Source: Candidatus Latescibacterota bacterium
Lineage (GTDB): Bacteria > Latescibacterota > UBA2968 > GCA-2709665
Assembly (NCBI GenBank): GCA_965248435.1
Contig: OZ252100.1
Coordinates: 1,216,001-1,280,000 of the forward strand
Length of the DNA stretch: 64,000 nucleotides
Direction of reading: 5' to 3'
Within the stretch, counting starts at the first letter, position 1. Each line of letters opens with the position of its first letter. A model generated the notes under the pieces. It saw nothing but the letters and a program-made list of their open reading frames with translations, searched no databases and was not told the DNA's origin. Positions 37,502 through 49,836 of this stretch are shown one piece after another. Made by a program: the position numbers and the translations under genes.

Positions 37502-40500
37502 TCACACGTCCTTATCAAGATAGGGCCCCAATAATTCCGCCAGGTTCTGAACATTTGGTTCAGCCAACATAGTGACGTGATCTCCTGAAACGATATGGTG
37601 CCTAATCGGTTTCGAAGTAAATCTTCCCCAGTCTAGTACGGGATTGCGAATCTCGAGGTACCTCCTGCTCGCACTGAAGAAAGTAACTTGCCCATGATAA
37701 ACCTGTGGTTTATAGCTTTCCAAGATTTGTCGACTTTCCACAGTAGCATTTCTGAAAATCTGAAAGAAACGACGGATTACTCTAGATGGAGTATTCGGAG
37801 GTATGACACCGGTTCCCTTTACTTGCTCTAGGATATGGTCCCATCGCTCGTCCGGACTGAGTTGTTGAATGTCATTGTAGAGATTGAGAGGATCTCTTTC
37901 AATGACGCCCGGCGCAAGCTCCATCATAATGAACTCGGTCATGAGTGCAGCATCCAAATCAATTTGTGCAGGTTTGTTCCCATCCGAAGGCTTCAGAGCA
38001 TTGACAGGCGCCCCACTGTCGAGCAAAGCGAGCAAGGCTACTTTGTGACCCTCCCTTTCCAACGCTTGCGCCATCTCAAAGGCTATTACACCCCCATTGC
38101 ACCAACCTCCTAAGAAATAGGGACCTAGCGGCTGAGCAATCTGCAAGGCATCAATGCACTCAAGTGCCTTGGCCTCGATCGTTTTGAGATCAGACTCTGG
38201 AGCTAGAGCCGGGGATTGCAAACCATAGAATGGCTGATCTAAACCCAGGTAGTTTGCAAGTAACTCGAAACGTTGATTAACGTATGAAGGCAGAAGTCCA
38301 CTCATGGGAGCAACGCAAAAGAATGGAAATTTCGATCCGTGCGGCTGAACCTCTATTAGTGGAGATCCGGTCCTAGAATCCTGCGGCAACTCACGGCTCG
38401 CACATACCTCTTGTCGTAGCATATTAGCCAAATTCTCCACGGTTGGAACTTTGAGAAGAGTAGCAAGCTGTATCTCTTGTTTGAATCGCTTCCGAAGCTG
38501 ATCCACCAAGCGTAGTGCAAGAAGCGAATGTCCCCCTAGATCGAAAAAACTATCAGTAGCACCGATAGGCTTTACGTCCAGAATGTCTTCCCAGATCTGC
38601 ACGAGTTGAACTTCCAGCGCATCACGAGGGGCTACGAAGACATCCTGTGGCTCGAGACTGATAACGTCTGCAGCTGGAAGAGAGCCGCGTTCCACTTTGC
38701 CACTGGGTGTCAGCGGCAAAGCATCTAACAACATAAAAGCAGAAGGAATCATGTAGTCGGGCAGCTTCTCTCTCAAAAAGCTACGCAGCTCGCTAGCTGT
38801 TGGTTTCAGCGTCTCCGCAGGGACAACATAACCCACTAGGCGTATGTCATCTGATTCATCCTTTCGTGTCACGACCACTGTCTCACGTACTGCCGGATGT
38901 CGACCTAGAACCGCTTCGACTTCCTCTAGCTCTACACGAAAGCCTCGAATCTTTACCTGATTGTCAATCCTTCCCAGAAATTGGATGTTACCATCGTGCA
39001 GATACTTGGCCAAATCTCCCGTCCTGTACAGTCGTCCTCCAGGCTCACCACTGAATGGATTGGGGACAAAAACATCAGCCGTCAATCCCGCCTGCTTCAG
39101 GTAGCTTTGAGCCAAGCAAACTCCACCGATGTAGAGCTCACCTGGAACATTTACAGGCACGGGCTGCAAGTGATGATCTAGCAAGTAAATCAGTGTGTTC
39201 GCGATGGGACGACCAATGGGAGGAAGTGTGGCCCAATCACTCGTAAGACCCATAAGGGTGTAGTCAGTAACGACATGTGTCTCAGAAGGTCCATATTGGT
39301 TGCGCAAGCTGCAATCACCCAATTCTTCAAAGAGACTTCGAATACGCCAGGTCATTTGCAACTGCTCACCAGCCGTTATGATTTCGCGCAAATACTTTGG
39401 AAGCGATTCTCGGCTCGTAATCGCATTGGCCATTTGCTGCAGAGCCACAAAGGGAATAAACAACCTTTCGATCTCTTTTTCTGCAAGCAAGCACAACAAA
39501 TTCACAATATCTCGCTGCAACTGACTTGAAATCAAAACTAGTGTGCCGCCTGAATACCAAGTGGAGAATATCTCTTGGAAGGAAACGTCAAAACACAGAG
39601 AAGCGAACTGTAGTGTCCTTGCCCCCTTAATAGGCTTTGAGTGACAGGCTTGCCACGCAATTAGATTCACGAGGGAACCTTGGGACATGGAAATTCCTTT
39701 GGGTCTTCCCGTAGACCCAGAGGTATATATCACGTAGGCGAGATTGTCAGCTGTGGCTACAGCATCCAAATTCTCTTCACTGTTCTCAGCTATGGCATCC
39801 CAATCTGAATCCAAACAAATGAGGCGCGCCTCACTCATAGGGATCAAATCCATCAGCGCTTTCTGTACTATCAACACTGGTGTTTGACAATCATTCATCA
39901 TAAATTCAAGTCGTTCTCTTGGGTACCCAGGGTCCAAAGGCAGATAGACACCGCCTGTCTTAAGAATTCCTAAAAGCCCGACCATCATCTCCAGCGATCG
40001 TTGCATATAGATCCCAACCACTACCTCGGGCCTTACACCCAAAGATCGCAAGTAGTGCGCCAACTGATTCGCCTGCCTGTTTAGTCTCCAATAGGTGAGC
40101 TGCCTAGATTCGTAGACCACAGCAACTGCATCGGGTGTTTTCGCGGCCTGAACCTCGAAGAGCTCGTGAATGCAACCATCGTAGGGGTAATCTTGCTTGG
40201 TCTCATTCCATTTTACCAACAGCTGAAATTGCTCTTGTTCGGACAGAAGCACGTGAGAATTGTAAGGTTCATGCGGTCGGCTGGCCATTAGAGTAAGGGC
40301 TCTCACGTAGTATGAGCCAATTACATCGATCTGGTCGCTACACAGTTCAGAAGAATCGTAATCGAGAAAAATTTGCACCTGTTGTGTGGAACGCTCCAAT
40401 GAGAAAGTTGACAGCAAAGTGAAATCTGTTTTCTCGAAAACGCTGCATCCCAGAGACTCTATCTCCTCGAAGCCTCGTAAGCTTTCAAATAGATGAAAGT

Positions 40501-43500
40501 GAACGAAATTAAATGCTGTTTCAAACAAAGTTTCTCCCCCCAAAATCTGCTGCATCTCTGCCATCGGGTACCGGCGGAAAGGCATCAACTCGCGTTCAGT
40601 TTCAAATGCCAATCCTACAAGGTCTGCCCAGGTTCCTCCAGAAAGTCTAATGCGGAACGGTAACGTATTTAGATAAAGGCCCAGCGCCCGATCACCGTCG
40701 ACATGTTCAGGCCTGCCATTAGATACGAGCCCCGTTAATACGTCTAGTTGGCCGCTAAGTAGGCTTAGTACTCTGAGATGAGTTGATAGTAACACACTTT
40801 TGAGAGGAGCCCCTGCAGATCCCGCGAGCTGGCTTAGTTCCTCCGACATCTTGAAAGACAATGTGATGGTTTTCCGGCCTTCCTCTTCTTTGTGAGTTGC
40901 GCTAGAGGGTCTCTGCAAACGCGGCAAAGCTAAAATAGTAGCTTCACTCAAGGCTTCTGTCCAGTAATGTTCACAGGCCTCGGACGCCAATGCCTGTTTT
41001 TCCAATACCACAAAATCTCGAAAAGTGGACCGGGGTGGTAATGAAATTGGCTTAGTATTATTGCCAATGAGAGAAAGATATCGTTGGAATAGCTCAACAA
41101 GCATCGAAGCTGTGCTCCAACCATCCAGAATTGCATGATGGAAACTCAACCCAAATTGAAATGTATCATCGGAGCGACGATGCACGTGAAAGCGCAAGAG
41201 TGGGGGACACGCCCAGTCAAAGGGCCGGAGCTTCTCAGCTTCCATCCAACCAGACAATTCTTCCTCTTGTTGTGCATGAGTTAAATTGCAGAGATCTTCC
41301 TCGAATATGGCAACATCTACCCTTTCATAAATCAGCTGGAAGGGCTCACTAAAACTATTTAGATCAAATGAAGCTCGCAGGATGGGGTGACATGCTATCA
41401 AATCCTTTACAGCGCTGTGTAGAGCCTGAGAGTCGTAACGCGCCTTAAGATGAAAACTGATAATATCATGGTAAATGCCAGTCTCGGTACTGTACTCCGT
41501 GTGGAAGAGCATACCCATCTGTAGTTTTGTTAGGGGATACGCGTCTTCCACTCCATCAGGTATCTTAAGTCGGTCAGTTTCGGAAACGAGGCTGAATGGA
41601 TGACTATATTTCTCTACAGTAGTATTGACACTTGCCCTTGTGAGTTCATTGGCCAGATCATGAATCGTTGGATGCCGAAAAAGCTGTTGCAGAGAAAGGT
41701 GCAGTCCTCTTTCCCTGAGGAGGCCAAGCACCTGGATACTACGAATTGAATCTCCTCCCAACTCAAAGTAGTTGTCATAAATACCGACTTGCTCGAGGCC
41801 AAGAACGTGCGCCCAAGTATCCGCTAACACCTTTTCCTCCTTGGTACGTGGCGCAACGAGAGCTTTTCCCAATTCTGGCCTTTTTTTATCAGGTACTGGA
41901 AGATTTTTGCGATCGATTTTTCCATTGTGCGTCAGCGGCATCGCATCAAGCACAATAAGGGTTGAAGGTACCATATATTCAGGTAGCCGCTTCTGTAGGA
42001 ACAGGCGAAGTTCGCCAAAAGATGGCGTAGGCTGATCGGCTCTCGTTGTTACATATGCCACAAGGCGCTTTCTCCCTGCATAATCATCACTTGCCAGCAC
42101 GACAACTTCCTTTACCGACGAGTGTTGGCCTAGCGCGCACTCAATTTCTACTGGTTCGACGAAATCCTCGAATCTTGACTTGATGATCGAAACGACCGCA
42201 AAACTCGAGATGTCCCTGCACACTATATCGGGCCCTATCTCCAGTCCTGTAAATGCGTTCGCCCGGAGCCTTAGCGAATGGATTGGGCACGAACTTTTCT
42301 GCCGTCAAATCAGGACGTCCTAGATACCCTCTGGCAAGGCCTACTCCCCCAATACACAACTCACCGACTCCCCCCACTGGCGTAAGCCCCAGGCGTTGAT
42401 CGAGCAGATAAATCTGCGTATTTGCAATGGGCCGCCCGATTGGAACTCCGCCGGAATTATGGATTCCTGAAGGGACTTCATAGACACAACATCCGACCAC
42501 TGTCTCTGTCGGTCCGTATTCGTTGATCAGCCTAGTATTAGGTGCAAAATTGAACCAAAAGGACAAACTATCTCCACGGAGGGCCTCCCCGCCTATAACT
42601 AGTACCCGTGCTTTCCCTGCAGCATCTTCACCAGACAACGACCGGTTGAGTATCTCAAGATGAGTAGGCGTAATCTTCACAAAGCTGAAATCATCGACCT
42701 CATGCAATACGGCACTAAGTGCCTCAATGTCACGGCACAGAAGCATCACCTGTTGTCCCACAAGCAGAGGGGAGAACAGACTAGTGACGGTCAGGTCGAA
42801 TCCAATTGGAGAGTGAACTGGAGAGCCGCGTCCTCCTGCCACTTCATATGCCTCTATACACCAATTTAGATAGTTGACCAAACCACGGTGTGGAATCGAA
42901 ACCCCCTTGGGCGCTCCGGTGGAGCCAGAGGTATATAATGTATAGGCCAAATTCTCGGAGTTCGCCTCGGGAATAGGATTATCTTTGCCTTCTGCTGCAA
43001 TGGATGCCCAATGAGTATCCAGGCAGACGGGCTGTGATCTTAACGGAGGCAACCTTTCAACAAGGTTCTGAATGGTCAGCACCACTGGCACTTGGGCATC
43101 CTCCAAAATGAGTGCCAGCCGTTCAGTCGGACAGGCTAAATCTAGGGGCAAATAGGCCCCCCCGGCCTTGAGGATCCCCATTACCCCAACAACGAGCTCT
43201 AGCGAATGTCTCATGTACAGACCCACGAACACCTCTGGCCCCACTCCAAACTTCTGTAGGAAGAAGGCGAGTTGATTAGCACGTACGTTGAGTTCGGTGT
43301 ACGTAAGCTGACGATGATCGCACACAGCAGCGATTCTATCCGGTGTACGCTTCACCTGCTCCTCGAAGAGCTGATGAACGCATTCCTTCTCCGGATAAAC
43401 AGTACGTGTCTTGTTAAATGCAACTAATACCTCGTGTCGCCATGCTTGTCCGAGAATTTCAAGATCACCGATTCTCTCTTCAGGATGTCCCACGATGCTC

Positions 43501-44159
43501 TTCAACAACGTATGGAATTGTTCTGCCAAGGCCTTGATATCCCTTTGAAAGAATTGGTTCATATCGTAATGAAATTCTAGATATAAACCACCCTTTCTAG
43601 ATACACATGAGAGTTTTATTTTGAAGCGATCAGTGCAAGCAAAATACTTGTAAATTGAAAATGATACGCCACTAGCCAAATGTTGATCGGGTTGTTCCTC
43701 GAATTCAAAACAACAGTGACAAAAAGGCAATCCGGTGCCATTCTCCCTCAAACCCAACACTTGCTGCCAGCAGAAACACTCCTGCCATTCACTGATATCC
43801 TGTGTAGATTCAACTAATCGTTTCAACACGTCACTGACCAGAAATTCTGCTTCAAGATTACAACGAAGCGGCACATACTTTGTAAAGAGTCCCAGGGCCT
43901 CTCCCAAGTCCTGGTGCGTTCTTCCCTCACAAGCCATGCCAACGACAAATTGTCTCTGTCCCGTAATGCGCCAGATCAGAATCTGCCAGCACGCCAAGAG
44001 GACTGTAGAGGCCGAAGTCTTGAAATTCCGAGAAATCCCCTCGAGCTTCAAGGTTACATCAGGAGCCACGACCAAAGGAACGCACTTTGGAGAAAATCTT
44101 CGCTCCTGTAGCGATTGAGTTTCGAATGGAAGCTTCAAACCCAGGAGAGATTTCGCCAA
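37502..44159 (-). pseudogene. NRPS, (C/I)-A-T-C-A-T-TE; 5'-truncated and frameshifted near 42155
   Basis: Two A domains (YTSGSTG.PKG, YGPT/SE, YRTGD), T domains (GGDSI, GGHSL), C domain HHAILDG, TE with GWCNGG. QVKIRGFR|VEPVEIE is split across frames (TTTCGTCGAACC, consistent with loss of GT). Confidence 0.92.
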
Positions 44160-44810
44160 GCGACATTGATGAAGAGATTAAACTTAGATATTGCCACGGA
44201 GCGCTACCTGAACTATTGTGCGAATGGCACATACGGTCGCCTCTGCAAGATTCACGGTTCTTTGAACTGGCTATACTGCGAAAAGTGTAAGCGACTCGAC
44301 TTGTTCGTCTCCCCACGTAGCGGAACTCAAGACGGGGGTCCGATACGAACCGCGAAGGCCCTGGAGGATCTGTACCATTCCGTGCCTTTCGGCGAGGCAT
44401 ACAGTTGCCAAGGGACGCCCTGCCGAAGGGATACTTGCGATGGATCTGTGAGTCCAATTCTGATCACGCCAACCTTTGTGAAGGACTATGAGAACCCCCA
44501 CGTGGATAAAGTTTGGAAAGCGGCTGAGCACGCCATGAAAGATGCTACGAGAGCGGTCATTGTCGGTTATAGTCTCCCAACCGATGACGTCGACGTAGCC
44601 ATGCTTTTCAAGCGTGGACTTGATCACCTCGATCGGGCACGCATCACCGTGGTTGAACACGTTGGTAATGACATCGACAAACCACAAGCAAGTAGGACTC
44701 CGATGGAAGCCCACGAGGTGGGCAGGCGTTACCGAACGGTTCTCGGCTCGGGGGTAGACTGGCACACTACAGGCTTTGAGGGATGGCTCGATGAACAAGG
44801 TGAGTTCTGA
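44115..44810 (+). pseudogene. C-terminal half of a SIR2-like protein
   Basis: LCKIHGSLNWLYC..C, LITPTFVK, IVGYSLPTDD; the N-terminal GAG and TxNxD motifs are absent and replaced by NRPS sequence. Confidence 0.75.
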
Positions 44811-44900
44811 CACTGCTACCACGGCGGGCTAGCAGTCACAACACAGTCTTTCGCCATCGGTTTAAATGTGAGATCCTTACCGAATTGAGTTCCGCACAGC

Positions 44901-46448
44901 TCACACTAATCTAGATGACGCTACCCGGTCCCCGAAATTGACCCTGCTCTTTCCCCGAAGGCGGGGATGGGTCGACCTCACCTTCCTTCCCAGGGAAATC
45001 CTCTTGAAATTTGGGATATTTTCAACCTTGCCTGTTCCCACGAGGTCTATATGTTGTCCCCTGAAGTTTTGCCTGTCGTAAAGTCGGTAGAACTTGCCCT
45101 GCGGAATCTGAAACCTGCCAGAAGATAGGCCCCGGTCGATCGGCCCTCCGTGTACGTTCAGATCCTCATAGTTGGAGAATTCTGCCCGATTCGCCAGATC
45201 CCGAATACTCAGGCGGCGGCTCTTGAAATCGCTGTCTTCGTAGAGGTCCATCCAGGAGTCCCGAAGATTGTCAATATCAGGTAAAACGGGATCCGGCTCA
45301 GGACGAAACTCGGTCAAGCGGAGAATCGAATTGTACTGCCAGTAGTAGGTCGAGTAGAGCCTCAGAACCCCCGAAGGATCTATGTACGTCCCACCCCCGG
45401 CAGCGAAATGGAATTGAAAGTGGGGGTTTGGAAACGGTTTGTTCGCAACCTTCCTGAGCGCGGGGGGACTCAACGCCGCCGGGGAACCGAAAATTCCGTC
45501 CCTGAAGTCCACTTCATACAGCTCCGCTATGTCCTTCCCTAAGGACACGAATCTTGTATTATAGGTCCCGACGAGAAACAGTCTGTAGTTCGACGCCGAG
45601 TCCTTTTGGACGATGAAGTTCGTGTTCTGAAACTTCCCGAAACCCTCCAGTTGGCCACTAGGTACCGTCCACGTCACCTTGCCTCTAGTATCGAACCCGT
45701 CGAGGATATTCGCCGTATTGGATAGATAGAAGTCGAACCTGGGAGGCAGATGCGCGTCACTGTCGCTCCAAACCGCTGCCAGAAGGTGGTTGCTCTGGGG
45801 AAGCTTGGTCAAGGCGACTGCGCCCGCTTTTACACCCGGCCTCACGATATCGACAGATCTCGCAAGTCTTTCAGGCCTCTCTGGGGTTCGAAAGTGGTAT
45901 AAAACAATCGATGACTCTACGCCTCCGGAATCTGCGGTGCTGTAAACAGGAACGGCCAGCAGGTCGCCCGACACGCTGATTCCCCCGGCGTGCCATTTGC
46001 CGTTTGCCACTTTAACCACACCGATCATCCGGTCCAGCTTCTGAATCCTGCCGGATATCAGGTTGGATCTCCACGCCCCCCTGGCCTTAAGGGTATCCAT
46101 CTTCACGAGGAAGAGCTGAGATACATTGCTTTTTCGGTCACCTCCCGATATGACCAGGTATTTCCCCTGCCGCAGGCGCTGAACGCCCTGGAAATGAGTC
46201 AATCGATAATCGTTTGCCATCGCTTCGGTGTAGCGCCCGTTTGGTATCTGGTTATTGTCAAACAGCGCCAGGTAATCACCCCGATTGGTGATCGCCCTGA
46301 ACTTATCCCGGACACCCTCGACCGCGGGATTGCTGTCATTTATCTTTGTATACGGGTTGCTGCTGTTGCTGAGTGTTCCGGGAGTCACATAGACATAGTC
46401 GTCAGGCATTCGAGCCACCTCCGGCTGCGGGTCAATGTATCTTTTCAT
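44901..46448 (-). CDS. Hypothetical protein with C-terminal beta/gamma-crystallin-like domain
   Basis: WMDLYEDSDFKS..., YRLYDRQNFRG, DRVASSR crystallin motifs; N-terminal beta-rich region with HFQG and HAGG. Confidence 0.7.
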   Translation of the reverse strand: MKRYIDPQPEVARMPDDYVYVTPGTLSNSSNPYTKINDSNPAVEGVRDKFRAITNRGDYLALFDNNQIPNGRYTEAMANDYRLTHFQGVQRLRQGKYLVISGGDRKSNVSQLFLVKMDTLKARGAWRSNLISGRIQKLDRMIGVVKVANGKWHAGGISVSGDLLAVPVYSTADSGGVESSIVLYHFRTPERPERLARSVDIVRPGVKAGAVALTKLPQSNHLLAAVWSDSDAHLPPRFDFYLSNTANILDGFDTRGKVTWTVPSGQLEGFGKFQNTNFIVQKDSASNYRLFLVGTYNTRFVSLGKDIAELYEVDFRDGIFGSPAALSPPALRKVANKPFPNPHFQFHFAAGGGTYIDPSGVLRLYSTYYWQYNSILRLTEFRPEPDPVLPDIDNLRDSWMDLYEDSDFKSRRLSIRDLANRAEFSNYEDLNVHGGPIDRGLSSGRFQIPQGKFYRLYDRQNFRGQHIDLVGTGKVENIPNFKRISLGRKVRSTHPRLRGKSRVNFGDRVASSRLV

Positions 46449-46521
46449 GGAAACATGAGATGAACAGCATCAAGTTGAGATACTGAGGCTCAAATCTCAG
46501 CTCATAAATGAGTTCACGCAT

Positions 46522-46662
46522 CATTTGTCTCATCCAGATGTTCCAGGATATGAGGGTAAACATCCTTCCACGCATTCTTCCCGTAAATGCAGTCGATGTG
46601 TCCATATTTCGGAATCACGAACCGCTTATAGAGTTCTTTGCCATTCCTTTCGCGCAGCAGGT
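46522..46662 (-). repeat. 141-bp direct repeat: displaced copy of the 3' end of the GMC oxidoreductase gene
   Basis: Matches 52078-52218 with 2 mismatches. Confidence 0.95.
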
Positions 46663-46700
46663 CATGGGTATTCACGTTGCTCATAGCCTTCTCTTCGGCG

Positions 46701-48236
46701 TCAGGTCAACATTTTTCGGAATGATCCTTCGTTTTCCAGGATGTTCCAACAGGAAAGATGAGCTAACAGCGAAACTTGCCGGGCACTCAAGTCGATAACC
46801 TTTGGCAAGTTTTGGCCAAAAGTTCTGTAATGTGGAAAGTTGCTGAGCTCTCCGTGTCCAATCAGATCTTGTACTGCCTGGGGAAGTTTGTTTTCCCATT
46901 TTTTCACAATCTCGTTGTAAACCCAGAGAACTTCGACATCCCCATCTTGAATGCCATAATGTGAATTCTTCAACACCTTGTGAGTAGCCTGATGAAGTAC
47001 TGTTTCATTCGCCCTTTTCTTACCCAGCAGACCGTCTACCAATTTCTCGTATTCGCTTTCGGGAAATACGTGGTTCAGGGTAAACCCGGGATCCTGGCCG
47101 AAAAGATTGGAGATAGACTTATTGATGCTTCTTGCGCTGATAAGCGGGCGTTTGGTATTTACAAAGGCCACAATCTTCTTCACTTTCCGCAAGAGGAGTG
47201 GCATGATCCCCAAATTCTCCAGAACCCCCCCGTCTGCGTACTCGTATTCTTTGTGATTGGTTTTTCCAGCCTGCGCTTCCGCTACCGGCCAATACCTGAA
47301 CTCGGGCAATCCGAGAAAATCCAATTTTAGTTCGTCGAATATCTCTGCTGGCGCCGATCCGCTGGTACCCACCATATCAGATAAAGTAAATCGATGGCGT
47401 TTCCCTCCAAGCTTCACTTCCAGGTATCCTTTAGCATCTGCTTTGTCGTTCGGATCAACCTCAGAATCAAAGCCAAAAGGCTCGAGGTACCCGCCGCCGA
47501 TTCTCTGATCCCTTGAACCGACCGGTCCGTGATCGTTGTAGATGCCCGTATACAGCGGTGTTATTTCCACTTGATACTTTCGAGCGCGAAAACTTAGAAA
47601 GGGCGTTCTTAGGAGTGTAGCACCAACAATGAGGAATGGCCGATTCGGATGCATTAAGTAGAAGTCGTCAGCATCCATCTTAAGATTGTTACTAAGAATG
47701 ACTTTCAAGGACTTTTCATCCTGAGTGAAGAACCGCCTCAAGGAATCCAGGCCGAATGGATTCAAGAAAATGTCACCTATGGCCCGCGAATAGATCTCAT
47801 CCCCGGCAAATGCATTCTTGATCAAATTATCGAGGATGAACGAATTGCTGATGGCGTGGGAGAATCCGCCCGTATCTAAATGTCCCAATCGTTCCAGGTT
47901 AAGATCATGGGGGTCAACAATGGGCCCGAGGAAAGTCTTGTCTGATTTGTTTTTCGGCAGAAAGCTGAACGGCACACAAGCCCACGATCCCCCTGAGACA
48001 CAGGATATGTATTTCACATCCTCAAGCAGCCCTAAATGACTCAAGGCGCGTAGTTGCCCAAGAGTGGCAGAAGCTGAGCGTGTACCGCCGCCCGAAAAAG
48101 CAACGCCTATTCCGGGGCGGCCTTTGATATGATCGACGGACAACTCTTGATCGTCTAATTCCGGAAACCCTGGATTGCTAACCGTGTCCCAGGTCTTGCA
48201 CGTGACATACTTGAGTCGGGATTGAAAAATAGACAT
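46701..48236 (-). CDS. Patatin/cPLA2-fold phospholipase
   Basis: AFSGGGTRS, CVSGGSW (nucleophile Ser), YADGGVLEN. Confidence 0.85.
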   Translation of the reverse strand: MSIFQSRLKYVTCKTWDTVSNPGFPELDDQELSVDHIKGRPGIGVAFSGGGTRSASATLGQLRALSHLGLLEDVKYISCVSGGSWACVPFSFLPKNKSDKTFLGPIVDPHDLNLERLGHLDTGGFSHAISNSFILDNLIKNAFAGDEIYSRAIGDIFLNPFGLDSLRRFFTQDEKSLKVILSNNLKMDADDFYLMHPNRPFLIVGATLLRTPFLSFRARKYQVEITPLYTGIYNDHGPVGSRDQRIGGGYLEPFGFDSEVDPNDKADAKGYLEVKLGGKRHRFTLSDMVGTSGSAPAEIFDELKLDFLGLPEFRYWPVAEAQAGKTNHKEYEYADGGVLENLGIMPLLLRKVKKIVAFVNTKRPLISARSINKSISNLFGQDPGFTLNHVFPESEYEKLVDGLLGKKRANETVLHQATHKVLKNSHYGIQDGDVEVLWVYNEIVKKWENKLPQAVQDLIGHGELSNFPHYRTFGQNLPKVIDLSARQVSLLAHLSCWNILENEGSFRKMLT

Positions 48237-48338
48237 GACGGACTCCTAGGTTTGTTGTATTTGGGTGAGCGCCTGGCCTAAGACACTCTTTACGAAACGA
48301 ATCCGTAGAACGATCAGCCAACGCTCGTCCGGAAGCCT

Positions 48339-49832
48339 CTACTTCAAGTCCAGGGTAACTCCCCTCGTAAAGTCCTTCTTGGGCTTGCCCGCGGAGAAGC
48401 TTCGGACCAGCCACGCGTTCACCTCGAGTTTGATGTGACGGTTCGGCCTTCGAGTAAACCCGAGCGTCATGAAATGCTCGCGGGTACGTACTCTGGGATA
48501 GCGGAGGTCCAGCAGCCTATTAACCGTGGAAACTGCCCAGTTCCTCTGTGGATAGGTAACCGGCCTCGCACGCATTCCGGAAATCGAAACCGTTGGAAAA
48601 CGTCTGATCTTTGACGGTTTGTTCGTAGCCAGTCCGTTCAGCCAGGTGAGGTTCGATAGCGGAGAGGAGATGATCTCGTGCAGGGTTCCTGGCCCGTCTC
48701 CGAGCGGAACGGAGGCGATGCGGCCGAAGTGCACGTCCCCCGTCAATACAACGATGTCGTGACCGCTCGACGCCAGAGCTTGCAGGAGCGCCTCGTACTG
48801 TTTCGTGTAAGAGGCCAGGTTCCAATCCTCCCCACCCGCGGGCTCAACGAGCAAAGGCTGCGGTGAAACAAAGATACCGGGCGATTTCAAGCCCTCGGCC
48901 CACGCGACGATCTTATCGAAGTTGGCGTGGCTGATGAATCGATCGGACTGGTTGCGCTGTGACCGGAGGTCTGCAACGCAGAACGAAAGATCCGATCCCA
49001 CGCTGAACGTGGCCACGGACGGGCATCGCTGGACGTTTTTGACCCCATCCCGAGCCGCCTTGAGCCAGGTGTCGTGGACCTTCTTGTCCCTCAGCATGAA
49101 CAGATAGGGGTTCAGTCCCTTGTAGAAGGGATAGTTGTTCCAGTATTCGTGGTCGTCCGGAAGCATCCAGGTGCCGCCCCGGCTCAGCACGCCCCTCAGT
49201 GCCGCCCAGTTGTTCGCGTAATCGTCCGCGATGCGATCCCGAATGTCACCCTCATCTCTTGACAGTGAGTCCAGCCCGATATCCAGGTAGACCTGATCAC
49301 CGGTCAGGAATTTGAGATGGGGACGATGTTTCTCATCCTTGTCATACAGCGCGCTGTAGGCGTCCGATACACTGTTGCCGTCGAAACTGTCGTAGAAGCA
49401 GCTGCCCAGCCCAATGGTAAAAGGATTGCGACCCACTTTGGGGATGCGCCTCGGCAGCGTATCGAACCAGCCTGTTGCCAGCGTCTCCCATCGCGACTCT
49501 GCAGCAAGCGCGTTCCATTCCTCCCTGAAATGAGTCTTCCATCGATCGCTCAGGGGGCGCTCGAACTTGACTTCGTAACGTCTGCCCGGCTTCAGTCCCT
49601 TCAGCGTCAAAACATGATAAAATCGCTTCCCAATGTCGGAGAACGGACGGGACCAGTTCGACTTGCCTGAGATATACCTATGCCTCGTCTCCCGCCCGGT
49701 CGTGTAAGCGACTCGCCACCTAGCCGGTTTTGCCAGCGACGAATGCAGGGTGCCCATCCAGATCGTGGCGTGGTCGAGGCCCACATCGTGTATAACCAGG
49801 GTCCACTTGCTGTCCATGTCTTTTCCTCCCAA
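48339..49832 (-). CDS. PhoD-like metallophosphodiesterase (no Tat signal)
   Basis: LGSCF, TGDQVYLD, PDDHEYWNN, DLRSQR, LTGDVH. Confidence 0.88.
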   Translation of the reverse strand: MGGKDMDSKWTLVIHDVGLDHATIWMGTLHSSLAKPARWRVAYTTGRETRHRYISGKSNWSRPFSDIGKRFYHVLTLKGLKPGRRYEVKFERPLSDRWKTHFREEWNALAAESRWETLATGWFDTLPRRIPKVGRNPFTIGLGSCFYDSFDGNSVSDAYSALYDKDEKHRPHLKFLTGDQVYLDIGLDSLSRDEGDIRDRIADDYANNWAALRGVLSRGGTWMLPDDHEYWNNYPFYKGLNPYLFMLRDKKVHDTWLKAARDGVKNVQRCPSVATFSVGSDLSFCVADLRSQRNQSDRFISHANFDKIVAWAEGLKSPGIFVSPQPLLVEPAGGEDWNLASYTKQYEALLQALASSGHDIVVLTGDVHFGRIASVPLGDGPGTLHEIISSPLSNLTWLNGLATNKPSKIRRFPTVSISGMRARPVTYPQRNWAVSTVNRLLDLRYPRVRTREHFMTLGFTRRPNRHIKLEVNAWLVRSFSAGKPKKDFTRGVTLDLK

Positions 49833-49836
49833 CCCT

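Noticed and set aside
42141-42223. Programmed frameshift or natural two-gene split of the NRPS
   Set aside because: The break falls inside the conserved A8 motif (KIRGFRVE) with no slippery run; a deletion or sequencing error is more likely.
46508-46798. 96-aa plus-strand ORF similar to 52094-52438
   Set aside because: Both are antisense readings of the 141-bp duplicated GMC 3' end.
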